This document shows positions 1 to 8,928 of a stretch of 64,000 bases of DNA, piece by piece. The stretch spans positions 160,001 to 224,000 of the forward strand of contig JBMNJG010000003.1 in NCBI GenBank assembly GCA_050951545.1. The letters run 5' to 3'. A program made the position numbers and the translations under genes. Position 1 is the first letter of the stretch. Every line of letters begins with the position of its first letter. This DNA is from Limnochordia bacterium (GTDB lineage Bacteria > Bacillota > Limnochordia > DTU080). Under the pieces are notes generated by a model, which was given only the letters and a program-made list of their open reading frames with translations, made no database searches and was not told where the DNA came from.

Positions 1-165
1 CGCGATACCCGTCGGGATGCGCTGGCTGGCTCTCGGAGCGATGGTGATGGCGACAGCGATATTGGCCGCGAGATCCAGACCTGCCGCCCCGGGTGATTGA
101 TACTGAGGAAGGGGCGCATGCTGCGCTCCGACCCGCATGACCTTCACAACGATCTCCGACTGCAT
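1..165 (-). CDS. dut: dUTP diphosphatase, 5' part (runs off the window edge)
   Basis: Manual translation from ATG 165: MQSEIVVKVMRVGAQHAPLPQYQSPGAAGLDLAAN...IPTGIA, containing dUTPase motif I (GAAGLDL). It follows the M16 peptidase as in many Clostridia. Confidence 0.9.
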   Translation of the reverse strand, partial: MQSEIVVKVMRVGAQHAPLPQYQSPGAAGLDLAANIAVAITIAPRASQRIPTGIA

Positions 166-172
166 AAATAAG

Positions 173-1435
173 CTACCCCTCTACCTCATCCTCAATCCCC
201 ACAGAAGAAGGCTCAATGGGACCGATGGCCACTGTAACCTGACTACCGTTGCCTAGAAGCTTCTCTGCTACGGAGTGCACCTGCGACGGGGTAACTGCGT
301 CAATACGCGCTATTAGCTCGTCTGGAGTCAGGACTTTCTCCTCAAACAGCTCACCCTTGGCCAGACGGCTCATGCGATTGGCGGTGCTCTCCAGACTCAA
401 CACCAGTGACCCTTTCAGCTGTTCTTTCGCCCGATGCAGCTCGAGTGCATCAAATCCATATGTCACAAGCCTATCACACTCTGCCCGCGCCAACTCGAGA
501 ACCTGCGGCACATTAGCCGGTCCACATCCAGCGTAGATCGAGAACAGACCAGTGTCCTGAAAGAGTGTGTGGTAAGAGTAGGTGGCATACACCAGACCAC
601 GCTCTTCGCGCAGTTCTTGGAAAAGCCGCGAACTCATGCCTCCTCCGAGAGCCATGTCCAACACGTAGAGTGCATAGCGCTGCTCACTGTGCCGGCCCAC
701 GCCCAGCCCTCCGAGGCACAGATGCACCTGCTCCGTGTCCTTCGTGCGGACGCGACTGTGCGCCTTGGCTGGTGGATGGTTACTCGTCGACACAGGGGTC
801 TGATCGCCCTCCATATCGACTAGGAATTCGTTGACCAGTGCCACAACTTGCTCATGAGTTACGTTGCCTGCTGCAGCTACCACTAGGTTACCTGCCGTAT
901 AATGCTTACTCATATGGCTGACAAGCGTGTCGCGATCGAGATCCGAAATGATCGCCTCTGTTCCCAGGATACCCTTGCCTAGGGGGTGGTCAGCGAGAAC
1001 CGCGCCAGCCAGCATATCGTGCACCAGTTCGTCGGGACAGTCTTCATACATGCGGATCTCTTCAATGACTACCCCTTTTTCCTTGTCCATCTCGCACGCA
1101 TCAAACCGCGAGTTGAGGAGCATATCGGACAACACTTGCACGCCTAAGCGCAAGTGCCCATCCAGCACACGTACATAGAAACAAGTGTGCTCCTTGCTTG
1201 TGAACGCATTGAGCTGACCGCCAGCGGCATCCACGGTTTCGGCGATCTCTCTGGCACTACGAGTCGTTGTACCTTTGAAGACCATATGTTCAATAAAATG
1301 AGAAACACCGTTATTCTCGGCTCCTTCGTCCCGTGAGCCTGTACGGAACCAAAAACCAATGGTGACCGACCTCACATACGGGATGTGCTCAGTAACCACG
1401 CGGATACCGTTACCCAGAATTGTCTTACGATACAA
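173..1435 (-). CDS. M16 (pitrilysin) family zinc peptidase, YmxG/MlpA-like
   Basis: HFIEH inverted zinc motif, LNAFTSKEHT, SSRLFQELRE. Start moved to TTG 1435 after the RBS GGAGGAG. Confidence 0.93.
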   Translation of the reverse strand: MYRKTILGNGIRVVTEHIPYVRSVTIGFWFRTGSRDEGAENNGVSHFIEHMVFKGTTTRSAREIAETVDAAGGQLNAFTSKEHTCFYVRVLDGHLRLGVQVLSDMLLNSRFDACEMDKEKGVVIEEIRMYEDCPDELVHDMLAGAVLADHPLGKGILGTEAIISDLDRDTLVSHMSKHYTAGNLVVAAAGNVTHEQVVALVNEFLVDMEGDQTPVSTSNHPPAKAHSRVRTKDTEQVHLCLGGLGVGRHSEQRYALYVLDMALGGGMSSRLFQELREERGLVYATYSYHTLFQDTGLFSIYAGCGPANVPQVLELARAECDRLVTYGFDALELHRAKEQLKGSLVLSLESTANRMSRLAKGELFEEKVLTPDELIARIDAVTPSQVHSVAEKLLGNGSQVTVAIGPIEPSSVGIEDEVEG

Positions 1436-1485
1436 TCGGGAACTCCTCCCGCCAGCGCTGGACTTAGGAAACAAGCCACAGCCCC

Positions 1486-1515
1486 ATTATAAAGATGCGC
1501 AAGCGATCGTGTAAA
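1486..1515 (-). promoter_or_regulatory. SigA-type promoter for the M16 peptidase-dut unit
   Basis: TTTACA-18 bp-TATAAT on the minus strand. Confidence 0.65.
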
Positions 1516-1672
1516 GGTGTGGAACAGAGAGTCAGTACGCGCCCCTACCAGCTTCTGCCGCGACTACACAATTCTGCTCAAAGGGACCAGCCTACTTTCA
1601 AAGAAGAACCCTCCAAGGAGTCCGTGAGTTCTCCCGCCGCCACTACGAGCGTGCGAATTGAGGAGGCAGGCG

Positions 1673-2995
1673 TTGTTCCAAGGAGCTCTCGTTACACTCA
1701 TATCACTAGCCCTCTATTTCTCCAGCCTGCTCGGCGGTGTAGCGCCGTCCATTCCACGGCAGGTGGATCCTCCATCATCTCAGATAACGGAGAGCACTCC
1801 GGACACTGGACGTGGCGTTGTCACAGGTCATGTGGTAGTCGTCTACGACGCCATCGGCAGCCGCCAAAGCGTAGCAGAACTGCAGCGGGGCGATTATGTT
1901 GAAATTCTCAAGCGCGAAGGCAGCTGGTATCAGGTTCGCCTGTCATCCGGGAAAGTCGGTTACGTTACCGCCTTCACCGTCATGCCCGCCAGCGATGCTG
2001 CGCCTGTCAAGGGAGTCGAGCGGCAATCACCGTACACGGTTCTTGGCTACTATGTGTCGGACGCGCGCCTGCCGTCTTTCCCATCTCTCAGAACCAACGA
2101 CAGTGTGCTCACCGCCATCAGCCCTTGGACATGGGAAGTCACGCCAGCGGGCACGCTTGTCGCTTCCTTTGATACCCGAGACACTGCAGCCGCCCTAAAG
2201 CACGCAGGCGAGCAAGGGCTCCGCACGTATGCCCTCATTCACAATATGGCGCTTGATGCCAAGGGCCGCGGTAACTTCAACTCCACACTAGCCCATCAGC
2301 TGCTTGCCAATCCGACTGCCAGAAAGCGGCTAGTCTACAACATCCTGCAGGTTCTCAAGGACTGGCGTATGAGCGGCGTGCATGTTGACTTCGAGATGGT
2401 TCAACCAAGTGATCGTCACCACCTAAACGCCTTTATGCAGGAGCTACATGAGATACTTCACCCCGCGGGTTTCGAGATCACGATGGCACTTCCCTCCAAG
2501 ACACGCGAATTACCCAACGATTCGTGGTCGGGAGCCTTTGATTACGCAGTCTTGAGTCGCTACACTGACCAGATGATGCTGATGACCTATGATGAACACT
2601 GGAGTGGCGGAAGTCCAGGTCCGGTAGCCTCAATCGCTTGGGTGGAGGATGTCATTCGCTACGCCCTGAGTACCGGAGTGCCGCGACACAAGATCATCCT
2701 CGGCATAGCTGGCTACGGCTATGACTGGCCTGCGCACGGCAAAGGACGCGCGGTGACCTACCAGGGAGCCTTGAACATCGCCAACCAGTACAAAGTCCCA
2801 GTACTGTGGGACTCCAAAGCCAAGGTACCCCACATCCGCTATGGCGATGGTAGGCAAATCTGGTTCGAAAACCGGCAGAGTCTCAGCTACAAGCTGGAAC
2901 TCGTCAATCGCTACCAACTGGGAGGGATCAGCGTATGGCGTCTAGGCCAAGAGGATCCCGGCTGTTGGGCTGTGATTCGAGATATGTTAGGTTAG
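1673..2995 (+). CDS. SH3-domain GH18 glycoside hydrolase (spore cortex N-acetylglucosaminidase, YaaH/YdhD-like)
   Basis: N-terminal hydrophobic segment, SH3b (EGSWYQVRLSSGKVGYV), GH18 motifs GVHVDFE, LMTYDEHW, GISVWRLGQED. Start moved to TTG 1673 after AGGAGG. Confidence 0.88.
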   Translation: MFQGALVTLISLALYFSSLLGGVAPSIPRQVDPPSSQITESTPDTGRGVVTGHVVVVYDAIGSRQSVAELQRGDYVEILKREGSWYQVRLSSGKVGYVTAFTVMPASDAAPVKGVERQSPYTVLGYYVSDARLPSFPSLRTNDSVLTAISPWTWEVTPAGTLVASFDTRDTAAALKHAGEQGLRTYALIHNMALDAKGRGNFNSTLAHQLLANPTARKRLVYNILQVLKDWRMSGVHVDFEMVQPSDRHHLNAFMQELHEILHPAGFEITMALPSKTRELPNDSWSGAFDYAVLSRYTDQMMLMTYDEHWSGGSPGPVASIAWVEDVIRYALSTGVPRHKIILGIAGYGYDWPAHGKGRAVTYQGALNIANQYKVPVLWDSKAKVPHIRYGDGRQIWFENRQSLSYKLELVNRYQLGGISVWRLGQEDPGCWAVIRDMLG

Positions 2996-2996
2996 C

Positions 2997-3734
2997 TCAG
3001 CGATTACTCTCAGATGCCTCTAGCATGGTTGAGATGGTCACTGCTCGCAGGCCCTTTTCCTCAAGCCCCCGCATGAGCTTTGGAAGTGCAAGAATCGTAT
3101 TCGCTCTCGGGTGCATCAGGATGATACTGCCAGGCTGAGCTTTCGGCAAGACCCGCTGCAGAATCTGATCCGGTGGAGGATCTTGCCAATCTACGGTATC
3201 AACGGTCCACAGCACGGTGCGATATCCTAACGAAGCGGCTTCGCGTACAATGCGCCGGTCCCACTCCCCATACGGAGGGGCGTAGAGCTTGCCCACCTTC
3301 CCGACGATTTCCTCCAAATGTTTCTGGTTCTTAGTAATATGATCAGCCAACTGCTGATTCGTCAACTGCTTAGGATGAGTGTGCGTGAAACCATGATTGC
3401 CTATTTCATGTCCTTCTTCCGCAATGAGGCGGGCCAGTTCTTTGTTCTCCTGCGCCCAGCGACCAGTTAGGAAGAAGGTGACGTGGGCCCTTGCTTCACG
3501 AAATAGGGCGAGCATAGTTGGTATCTGATCGCCGCCCCAGTCAACATTGACCGCCAGACCCACCATCGCCTCGGCGCCAGGAATGGCAAAGAGAGGTTCG
3601 CTTAGCGGTGGGGGCCCCAGCACTGAGGTGATCGAAGTCTGATCCGCAAGATGATAGGCTCCCGCTAAAAACACAGCAAAAGCCAGTGCCATGATCAATC
3701 GCGCTTGCCAAGGTCTAATGACAACCACAATCAT
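2997..3734 (-). CDS. Polysaccharide deacetylase family protein, YlxY/SwsB-like (probably catalytically degenerate)
   Basis: NodB motifs HEIGNHGFTH, APPYG, DTVDW, IILMH. Motif 1 reads AVNVDWG instead of TFDD. N-terminal TM segment. Confidence 0.85.
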   Translation of the reverse strand: MIVVVIRPWQARLIMALAFAVFLAGAYHLADQTSITSVLGPPPLSEPLFAIPGAEAMVGLAVNVDWGGDQIPTMLALFREARAHVTFFLTGRWAQENKELARLIAEEGHEIGNHGFTHTHPKQLTNQQLADHITKNQKHLEEIVGKVGKLYAPPYGEWDRRIVREAASLGYRTVLWTVDTVDWQDPPPDQILQRVLPKAQPGSIILMHPRANTILALPKLMRGLEEKGLRAVTISTMLEASESNR

Positions 3735-4519
3735 CGCATCTGCTCCTCCGATGCCTTGCTGAGCTTCTTCTGCACGCCAGAATGCCGCTCGACAAAGTAC
3801 CCGTCCCTGTAGATCAGTTCACCCACGGGAACCACTTCGAATCCGCGTCGTTTCAGCTCCGGGAGCAGCCTCGCCACTGCTATTGGCGTATGTTTGCCTG
3901 CATTGTGGAACAGAACAATATCGCCTGACTCAGCGCGCAAGACGCGCTCTACCATAAAATCCGCACTCACATCCTTCCAGTCGAGCGAGTCAACTGACCA
4001 CTGCACGGTATGATAGCCCAGCGTGTGGGCGACTTCGATAAGCTTGTTGCTGTATTCCCCGAATGGTGGCCGAAATAGATCGCTTTCGCGACCAGTCAGG
4101 CTCAGCAGTAGATCGTGGTTCTTGCGCAGGTCAGCCTCGATCTGTTCCGGCGAAAGCGAATTCATGTGTGCGTGAGCGTAACTATGGTTGCCAATCTCAT
4201 GGCCTTCTTGAGCGATTTTTCGCACATATTCGGGGTAGTTTTCCACCCAGTGTCCGGCCAAGAAGAACGTGGTTTTCACATCGTTTTCGCGGAGAATAGC
4301 CAACAGTTGATCCGTCAGCTCGGTCCCCCAGGTGGCGTCAAACGATAAGGCGATTCGCTTGCCTGGAACATCCACTTTGTAGATGGGAACAAGGCGGTTG
4401 GTCAGTAGGGCTAACACACTCACTGCAGGCTGCAGTGCGGCGAGCAACCCCAACGCCACAAGCACCCCCACCAAAAGCAAGATGGCAAAGGCGCCTTTTC
4501 GGCTGAGATACAACACCAT
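3731..4519 (-). CDS. pdaB: Polysaccharide deacetylase, sporulation PdaB-like
   Basis: ALSFDATWG, HSYAH, FRPPFG, DSLDWK, IVLFH, plus an N-terminal TM. ATG 4519 follows GAGGGGG. Confidence 0.75.
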   Translation of the reverse strand: MVLYLSRKGAFAILLLVGVLVALGLLAALQPAVSVLALLTNRLVPIYKVDVPGKRIALSFDATWGTELTDQLLAILRENDVKTTFFLAGHWVENYPEYVRKIAQEGHEIGNHSYAHAHMNSLSPEQIEADLRKNHDLLLSLTGRESDLFRPPFGEYSNKLIEVAHTLGYHTVQWSVDSLDWKDVSADFMVERVLRAESGDIVLFHNAGKHTPIAVARLLPELKRRGFEVVPVGELIYRDGYFVERHSGVQKKLSKASEEQMR

Positions 4520-4582
4520 CCGCTTCGTCCCCCTCGTATGTGGCACTGTGTAATGCGTATGCCCGAGGAGGCCGAAGGATGT

Positions 4583-6673
4583 CTAGAGCCATTCACGGAT
4601 GGCAAAGACCACCTCTTCCACAGATCCCTGGTGCGATGCGCACTCGGGAAGAGAGGCCAAGAAACCCCTGCCGTAACTGCGTGCGAGAATGCGTTGATCG
4701 CAAATGACCACGACGCCCCGGTCATGGCGAGTGCGGATAAGCCTACCAAAACCTTGTTTGAACTTGAGGACAGCGTCGGGCAAGGAATAGCTATAGAAAG
4801 GATCCTGCCCTCTGCGACGCAAAAGCTCCAGGCGTGCCTCTACTACAGGATCATCGGGCACGCGAAACGGCAATCTCGTCAGTACCAGGCAGGACAGAGC
4901 CTCGCCTGGCACATCCACACCTTCCCAAAAACTGTCGGTACCCAGTAAGACACTGGCGCTGTCTCGAAAGGCGTTCAGTATATGAGCGCGGCTTTGCTCA
5001 CCCTGAACAAGCAGAGGCCAACCCTCTTGGTCACTTACTGGTTGAAGCGCCTGCGCCACGTACCGCAACATGCTGTATGATGTGAATAGCACTAGGGCTC
5101 TGCCCCCACTGGCCTTCACGATCTGAGCAACAGCGCAGGCTAAGGTCTCGGGGTATTTGGGGTCGTTGGGATCAGGGATACTTCTGGGGACGCTCACGAG
5201 CACCTGCTCCCTGTAGTTGAAAGGCGAAGGGATGACCAGCTCCGTGCAGTCCACACCCGTCAAGCCCAGCCGGGAGCGCATGTAGGTGAAGCTCTGACCA
5301 ATGGTGAGGGTCGCCGAGGTACATACTATTGCCGAAAGATTTGTTATCCATTCCTCGATCGCTGGAGCCACGTCCAAAGACGTGGCTACCATGCGCACCC
5401 GACCTCGCCTCCCCTGTTGTTCTACCCAGAAAACCTCGTCATCACCCTCAGCAAGAGCCAGCTTCCGGGCCAGTTCGGCAAGCGCAAGCCCTCGCTGCAC
5501 AAGAGCCTCGAGTTCCATTCGCACTCCCGGCTCATCCGCCACGACAGGACCGACATCACTGCTTAGCTTCCCGAGATTGGTAGACAATCCCTTGAGTGAT
5601 TCCTCCAGGGCCAAAAGGCTGCTACCGACCTGTGTATGCCATTCGGCTTTGTCGCGGATTCGGCGTGTCGCCTGATTGCCCAGCCAGAGTCGTGCAGCTT
5701 CAAAGCAACCCTGAACCGTAGCCGCAGCCTTGCCCATCATCGGTTGGATCGTGTGCTCGATCCGAGAAAGGATCCGCTCAGCACGAGCAGGCTGCCGATC
5801 CTCAAGCAACCATTGACTCGCATACCCGACAATCTGAGAGAGGACGCCGCGCGATGACCTTTGCCCACGGCGGTACAGTCGGCCCAAGAACCGGGATAGA
5901 GCATACTCGCTCAAAGAGGCGCTAAGGAAATCCGTAGCTACCTCTTCCATGTGATGAGCTTCGTCCACAATGGCATGGCTGTAGGAAGGCAGAACTGAAC
6001 GCTCAGTGTCCCACCCGACGACACGGCGCACCGCCACATCCGCAAACAGAAGGTGGTGATTCACCACCAGCAAGTGAGCCTCTTCAAGCTCAGCACGAGC
6101 ACGAAACAGGAAGCAGCGCGAGAAAAAGGGGCAGTCGTTTCTGAGACAACCGTCACTCTCCGCGCAGACTTCAGTCCATAGCGCCGACTTCCGCCCCAGT
6201 TCGCTTAGACTGCCTTCCACGGTCTTACTTGCCCACTCGCAGATCTGCGCCAAGCCATCCTCAGCACCTGGCTCAAGTGCCTCTTCCTGGACCGCCGCCT
6301 GCAGGCGCATGAGGCACAGGTAGTTGCTCCAACCCTTGACAAGTCGGGCGCGCAGGTGCGGAAGGAGCGTCTGCTGTACCATAGGGATGTCCTTTTGCAG
6401 CAGTTGCTCCTGCAAGTTGATCGTGTTAGTGGATATCACGACACGCTGGGAGTGGTGAATCGCAAACAGCGCCGCCGGCACCAGATAGGCCAGTGACTTG
6501 CCTGTGCCAGTACCAGCCTCGATAAGAGCCACGTGACCTTGCTCAAGAGCCTCAGCTACGCCAGCCGCCATCTGCTGCTGACCCGGCCTCAGCTCAAATC
6601 TATCGAAGGCGGAAACGAACGGACCGTTCGGTCCCAGGATCTCTGCCGCCCGCCTCGTCTCCAGCACTGCCAA
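4583..6673 (-). CDS. DinG/YoaA family Fe-S ATP-dependent helicase
   Basis: EAGTGTGKSLAYL, NYLC...C..C..C Fe-S cysteines, DEAH, LFTSY, FWEGVDVPG, KQGFGRLIR. Start moved to TTG 6673 after AGGAGG. Confidence 0.92.
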   Translation of the reverse strand: MAVLETRRAAEILGPNGPFVSAFDRFELRPGQQQMAAGVAEALEQGHVALIEAGTGTGKSLAYLVPAALFAIHHSQRVVISTNTINLQEQLLQKDIPMVQQTLLPHLRARLVKGWSNYLCLMRLQAAVQEEALEPGAEDGLAQICEWASKTVEGSLSELGRKSALWTEVCAESDGCLRNDCPFFSRCFLFRARAELEEAHLLVVNHHLLFADVAVRRVVGWDTERSVLPSYSHAIVDEAHHMEEVATDFLSASLSEYALSRFLGRLYRRGQRSSRGVLSQIVGYASQWLLEDRQPARAERILSRIEHTIQPMMGKAAATVQGCFEAARLWLGNQATRRIRDKAEWHTQVGSSLLALEESLKGLSTNLGKLSSDVGPVVADEPGVRMELEALVQRGLALAELARKLALAEGDDEVFWVEQQGRRGRVRMVATSLDVAPAIEEWITNLSAIVCTSATLTIGQSFTYMRSRLGLTGVDCTELVIPSPFNYREQVLVSVPRSIPDPNDPKYPETLACAVAQIVKASGGRALVLFTSYSMLRYVAQALQPVSDQEGWPLLVQGEQSRAHILNAFRDSASVLLGTDSFWEGVDVPGEALSCLVLTRLPFRVPDDPVVEARLELLRRRGQDPFYSYSLPDAVLKFKQGFGRLIRTRHDRGVVVICDQRILARSYGRGFLASLPECASHQGSVEEVVFAIREWL

Positions 6674-6728
6674 GCGCTCCGCCTCCTGACAGCCCCTGGT
6701 CTTCGGCAACAGCTTGGCATAACCCTTT

Positions 6729-7568
6729 CTATCGTCCCAATGAGTCTAACCAGGTCAGTACAGAGACGCGTTCTATCAATCGATTGATGGAGAAAACCTC
6801 TGCATACGTGTGCAAGGCTACCAGCAGTACCAGGGCCCAGATCTGGCCATGCAGGCTCATTTGAGTCGTCACGAAAAGCCCTAACATACTACCGAGCACA
6901 TTGGAGCCTGTATCGCCCATCATGGCTTGCCCTGCAAAGTCCCTAGGCGCTATAGTCAGGGCAGCCACTGCTACCAGAAGCGTGAGCACCCCGGTGCTTC
7001 CCGTCGTCAGTATGAGTACCACGTAGGCGAGAAAAAAGACCTTCAGAGCTCGTCCGGGCCGCAGATCAAACAGGTTCACAGCGTTGGCGCTGAGCGCAAT
7101 CACCGCAGTAGGGATCACCCTGGCCAGAAGACGCGGCTCCGGCAGCATGGAAACCGCTAGCAGTGCAATGCATACTCCGTATAGCGCCTTTACTCCCCCT
7201 GTTGTGAGTTCACCACGCCACAGGAACCGCAGATGACCTACCAAGCCTCGCGTGGCACTCCCCCCGGCGCTATCATCCAGCAACCCCAGAAGAGCCATTC
7301 CATTGAGCAACACAAGCTCCGCAGACAGCAGTGGGACCAGCGGCTCCGACGGGGCCGCTACGAACAGAAGCAGTGCAGACGGTGTCACGGCCAGGGGCAA
7401 AAGCAGACCAGCCCCTGTGGGAATCACCTGCATGCGGTAGTTTTCCCGTACCAGCCCTCCTTGTTCAAGAAGATGGAGAACAGGATGGGTCAACCATGCG
7501 CCAAGCGCAAAGGTGAGGACTGCGGATCCAGCTAGCGCCGTATTTAGCACTCGGGTGCCCTCCGCCAT
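6729..7568 (-). CDS. MraY/WecA-like polyprenyl-phosphate sugar-phosphate transferase (Glycos_transf_4)
   Basis: Multi-TM protein with GLLDD, ANAVNLFDLRPGR and MMGDTGSN motifs. Confidence 0.82.
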   Translation of the reverse strand: MAEGTRVLNTALAGSAVLTFALGAWLTHPVLHLLEQGGLVRENYRMQVIPTGAGLLLPLAVTPSALLLFVAAPSEPLVPLLSAELVLLNGMALLGLLDDSAGGSATRGLVGHLRFLWRGELTTGGVKALYGVCIALLAVSMLPEPRLLARVIPTAVIALSANAVNLFDLRPGRALKVFFLAYVVLILTTGSTGVLTLLVAVAALTIAPRDFAGQAMMGDTGSNVLGSMLGLFVTTQMSLHGQIWALVLLVALHTYAEVFSINRLIERVSVLTWLDSLGR

Positions 7569-8221
7569 ACCAACCTGGGGATGAGTTCCTTGGCCACCGC
7601 CACAAACTGCTTACCTCTGTGCACAAAGCCGCGCCACGTTCTCGATGTCTCTCTGTGGGTCATGGCCACCGGAATCTCTTTGATGCGATACCCCCGTCTG
7701 GCTACATCAATAGTCAAGGCAACTTCGATTCCCCAACCCTGAGCGAAGCGGATGCTGGCAAACACATCTCTCCGAGCTGCCCGCTGACCCGATAGAGGGC
7801 TCTCCATCGTCAAGCCAGTGGAATACCGAATTCCCCACCGTGCCAGTCCCCGTACTAAGCCAAAACCAGCTGGCCTCTGACGCGGGAAACGCGCGATGGT
7901 CATGTCAGCTTCGCCTGTCAGTACTGGGGGAAGCAAGGCGGCGGCCTCCACCGCCGATACCCCGAGGTCCCCATCCAGCAACATGACCACATCTGTGGGG
8001 CAAGCGAGTACCCCTGCTTGCAGCGCTCTCCCCTTTCCACTGTTGCTCTGTAAGGCCAAGACTTGTGCTCCGGCTGCGCGGGCCTCAGACGCTGTCACGT
8101 CGGTTGATCCGTCATCGACTACCCACACCACATCCACAGCAGGAATTGAACGGACCGCCTGCACTGTCGGACCGATACGTCCGGCTTCATTCCACGCGGG
8201 AATCACAACGCCGACGCGCAT
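7544..8221 (-). CDS. GT2 family glycosyltransferase
   Basis: VVIPAWNE, VVDDGSTD, NSGKG, LLDGD (DxD), PLSGQRA. Confidence 0.9.
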   Translation of the reverse strand: MRVGVVIPAWNEAGRIGPTVQAVRSIPAVDVVWVVDDGSTDVTASEARAAGAQVLALQSNSGKGRALQAGVLACPTDVVMLLDGDLGVSAVEAAALLPPVLTGEADMTIARFPRQRPAGFGLVRGLARWGIRYSTGLTMESPLSGQRAARRDVFASIRFAQGWGIEVALTIDVARRGYRIKEIPVAMTHRETSRTWRGFVHRGKQFVAVAKELIPRLVWRRAPEC

Positions 8222-8234
8222 ACCCTACCCCCGC

Positions 8235-8912
8235 TCACGGCCTATCCCTCGCCAGGTGCTCTACCAATGCCCACTGCTCGATAGGCGTTTCGAGATCTCC
8301 AACGACGACCACGCTTGCTGGTTGCACGTCAGTCTGCAGTAGAGCGGCGAGTTGCCGAGCACGTTGGGCGCTGGCACTATCCACTACTACCACGCTGTCC
8401 ACCTTGGCGACGGGCATCTGTTGCCACATGAGCTGGTCTCCAGGCGTGCTAACTACATCGTGAAAAAAAGCCGCGGCCAAGGCGTGGACCAGTTGCGTCT
8501 GGACCTTGCCAGATGCTGTGAGAGCATCCCCATTGACCAATACGCTTCCATTCACCTGCGCTCCAGAGAGACGCATCAGCTCCTGTAGGGAACTTGTGTC
8601 GGTGCTCTCGCCTACAATCACCAGACCCACCTTTCGCTCTATGAGTTGTCCGGCAACAAGCTGCGGCAAGACCTGGTGCGCAAACTCCTGATAGCTCGTC
8701 AAGGCCGCCTCTGTTTGAGAGAGATCGGCCTGCATGGCCTGACGCTCACGCCGCAGTTGGCTTAGCTGCGCCTCTATGGCATCAATAACCACCGACTGCT
8801 CTTTGGCCACCCGACCATCACTACTAATTGACGTTCCAATAAGAATCCCTAACCCTAACGCAAGGAACACGCTAACCAATGAGAAAAGATGATGCCTCAT
8901 ATCGATAATCAC
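8235..8912 (-). CDS. SteB/MctB (DUF3186) family membrane-anchored protein
   Basis: Signature N-terminus MIIDMRHHLFSLVSVFLALGLGILIG followed by a coiled coil; lies directly downstream of steA. Confidence 0.82.
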   Translation of the reverse strand: MIIDMRHHLFSLVSVFLALGLGILIGTSISSDGRVAKEQSVVIDAIEAQLSQLRRERQAMQADLSQTEAALTSYQEFAHQVLPQLVAGQLIERKVGLVIVGESTDTSSLQELMRLSGAQVNGSVLVNGDALTASGKVQTQLVHALAAAFFHDVVSTPGDQLMWQQMPVAKVDSVVVVDSASAQRARQLAALLQTDVQPASVVVVGDLETPIEQWALVEHLARDRP

Positions 8913-8928
8913 GAGCTCACCCCTCAGA

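Noticed and set aside
1495-1902. 135-aa plus-strand ORF upstream of and overlapping the GH18 gene
   Set aside because: It overlaps a promoter and the real gene in another frame, has no RBS, and its composition is not protein-like.
4583-6673. CasDinG / type IV CRISPR association
   Set aside because: No cas genes or repeat-spacer array were seen anywhere in the window.
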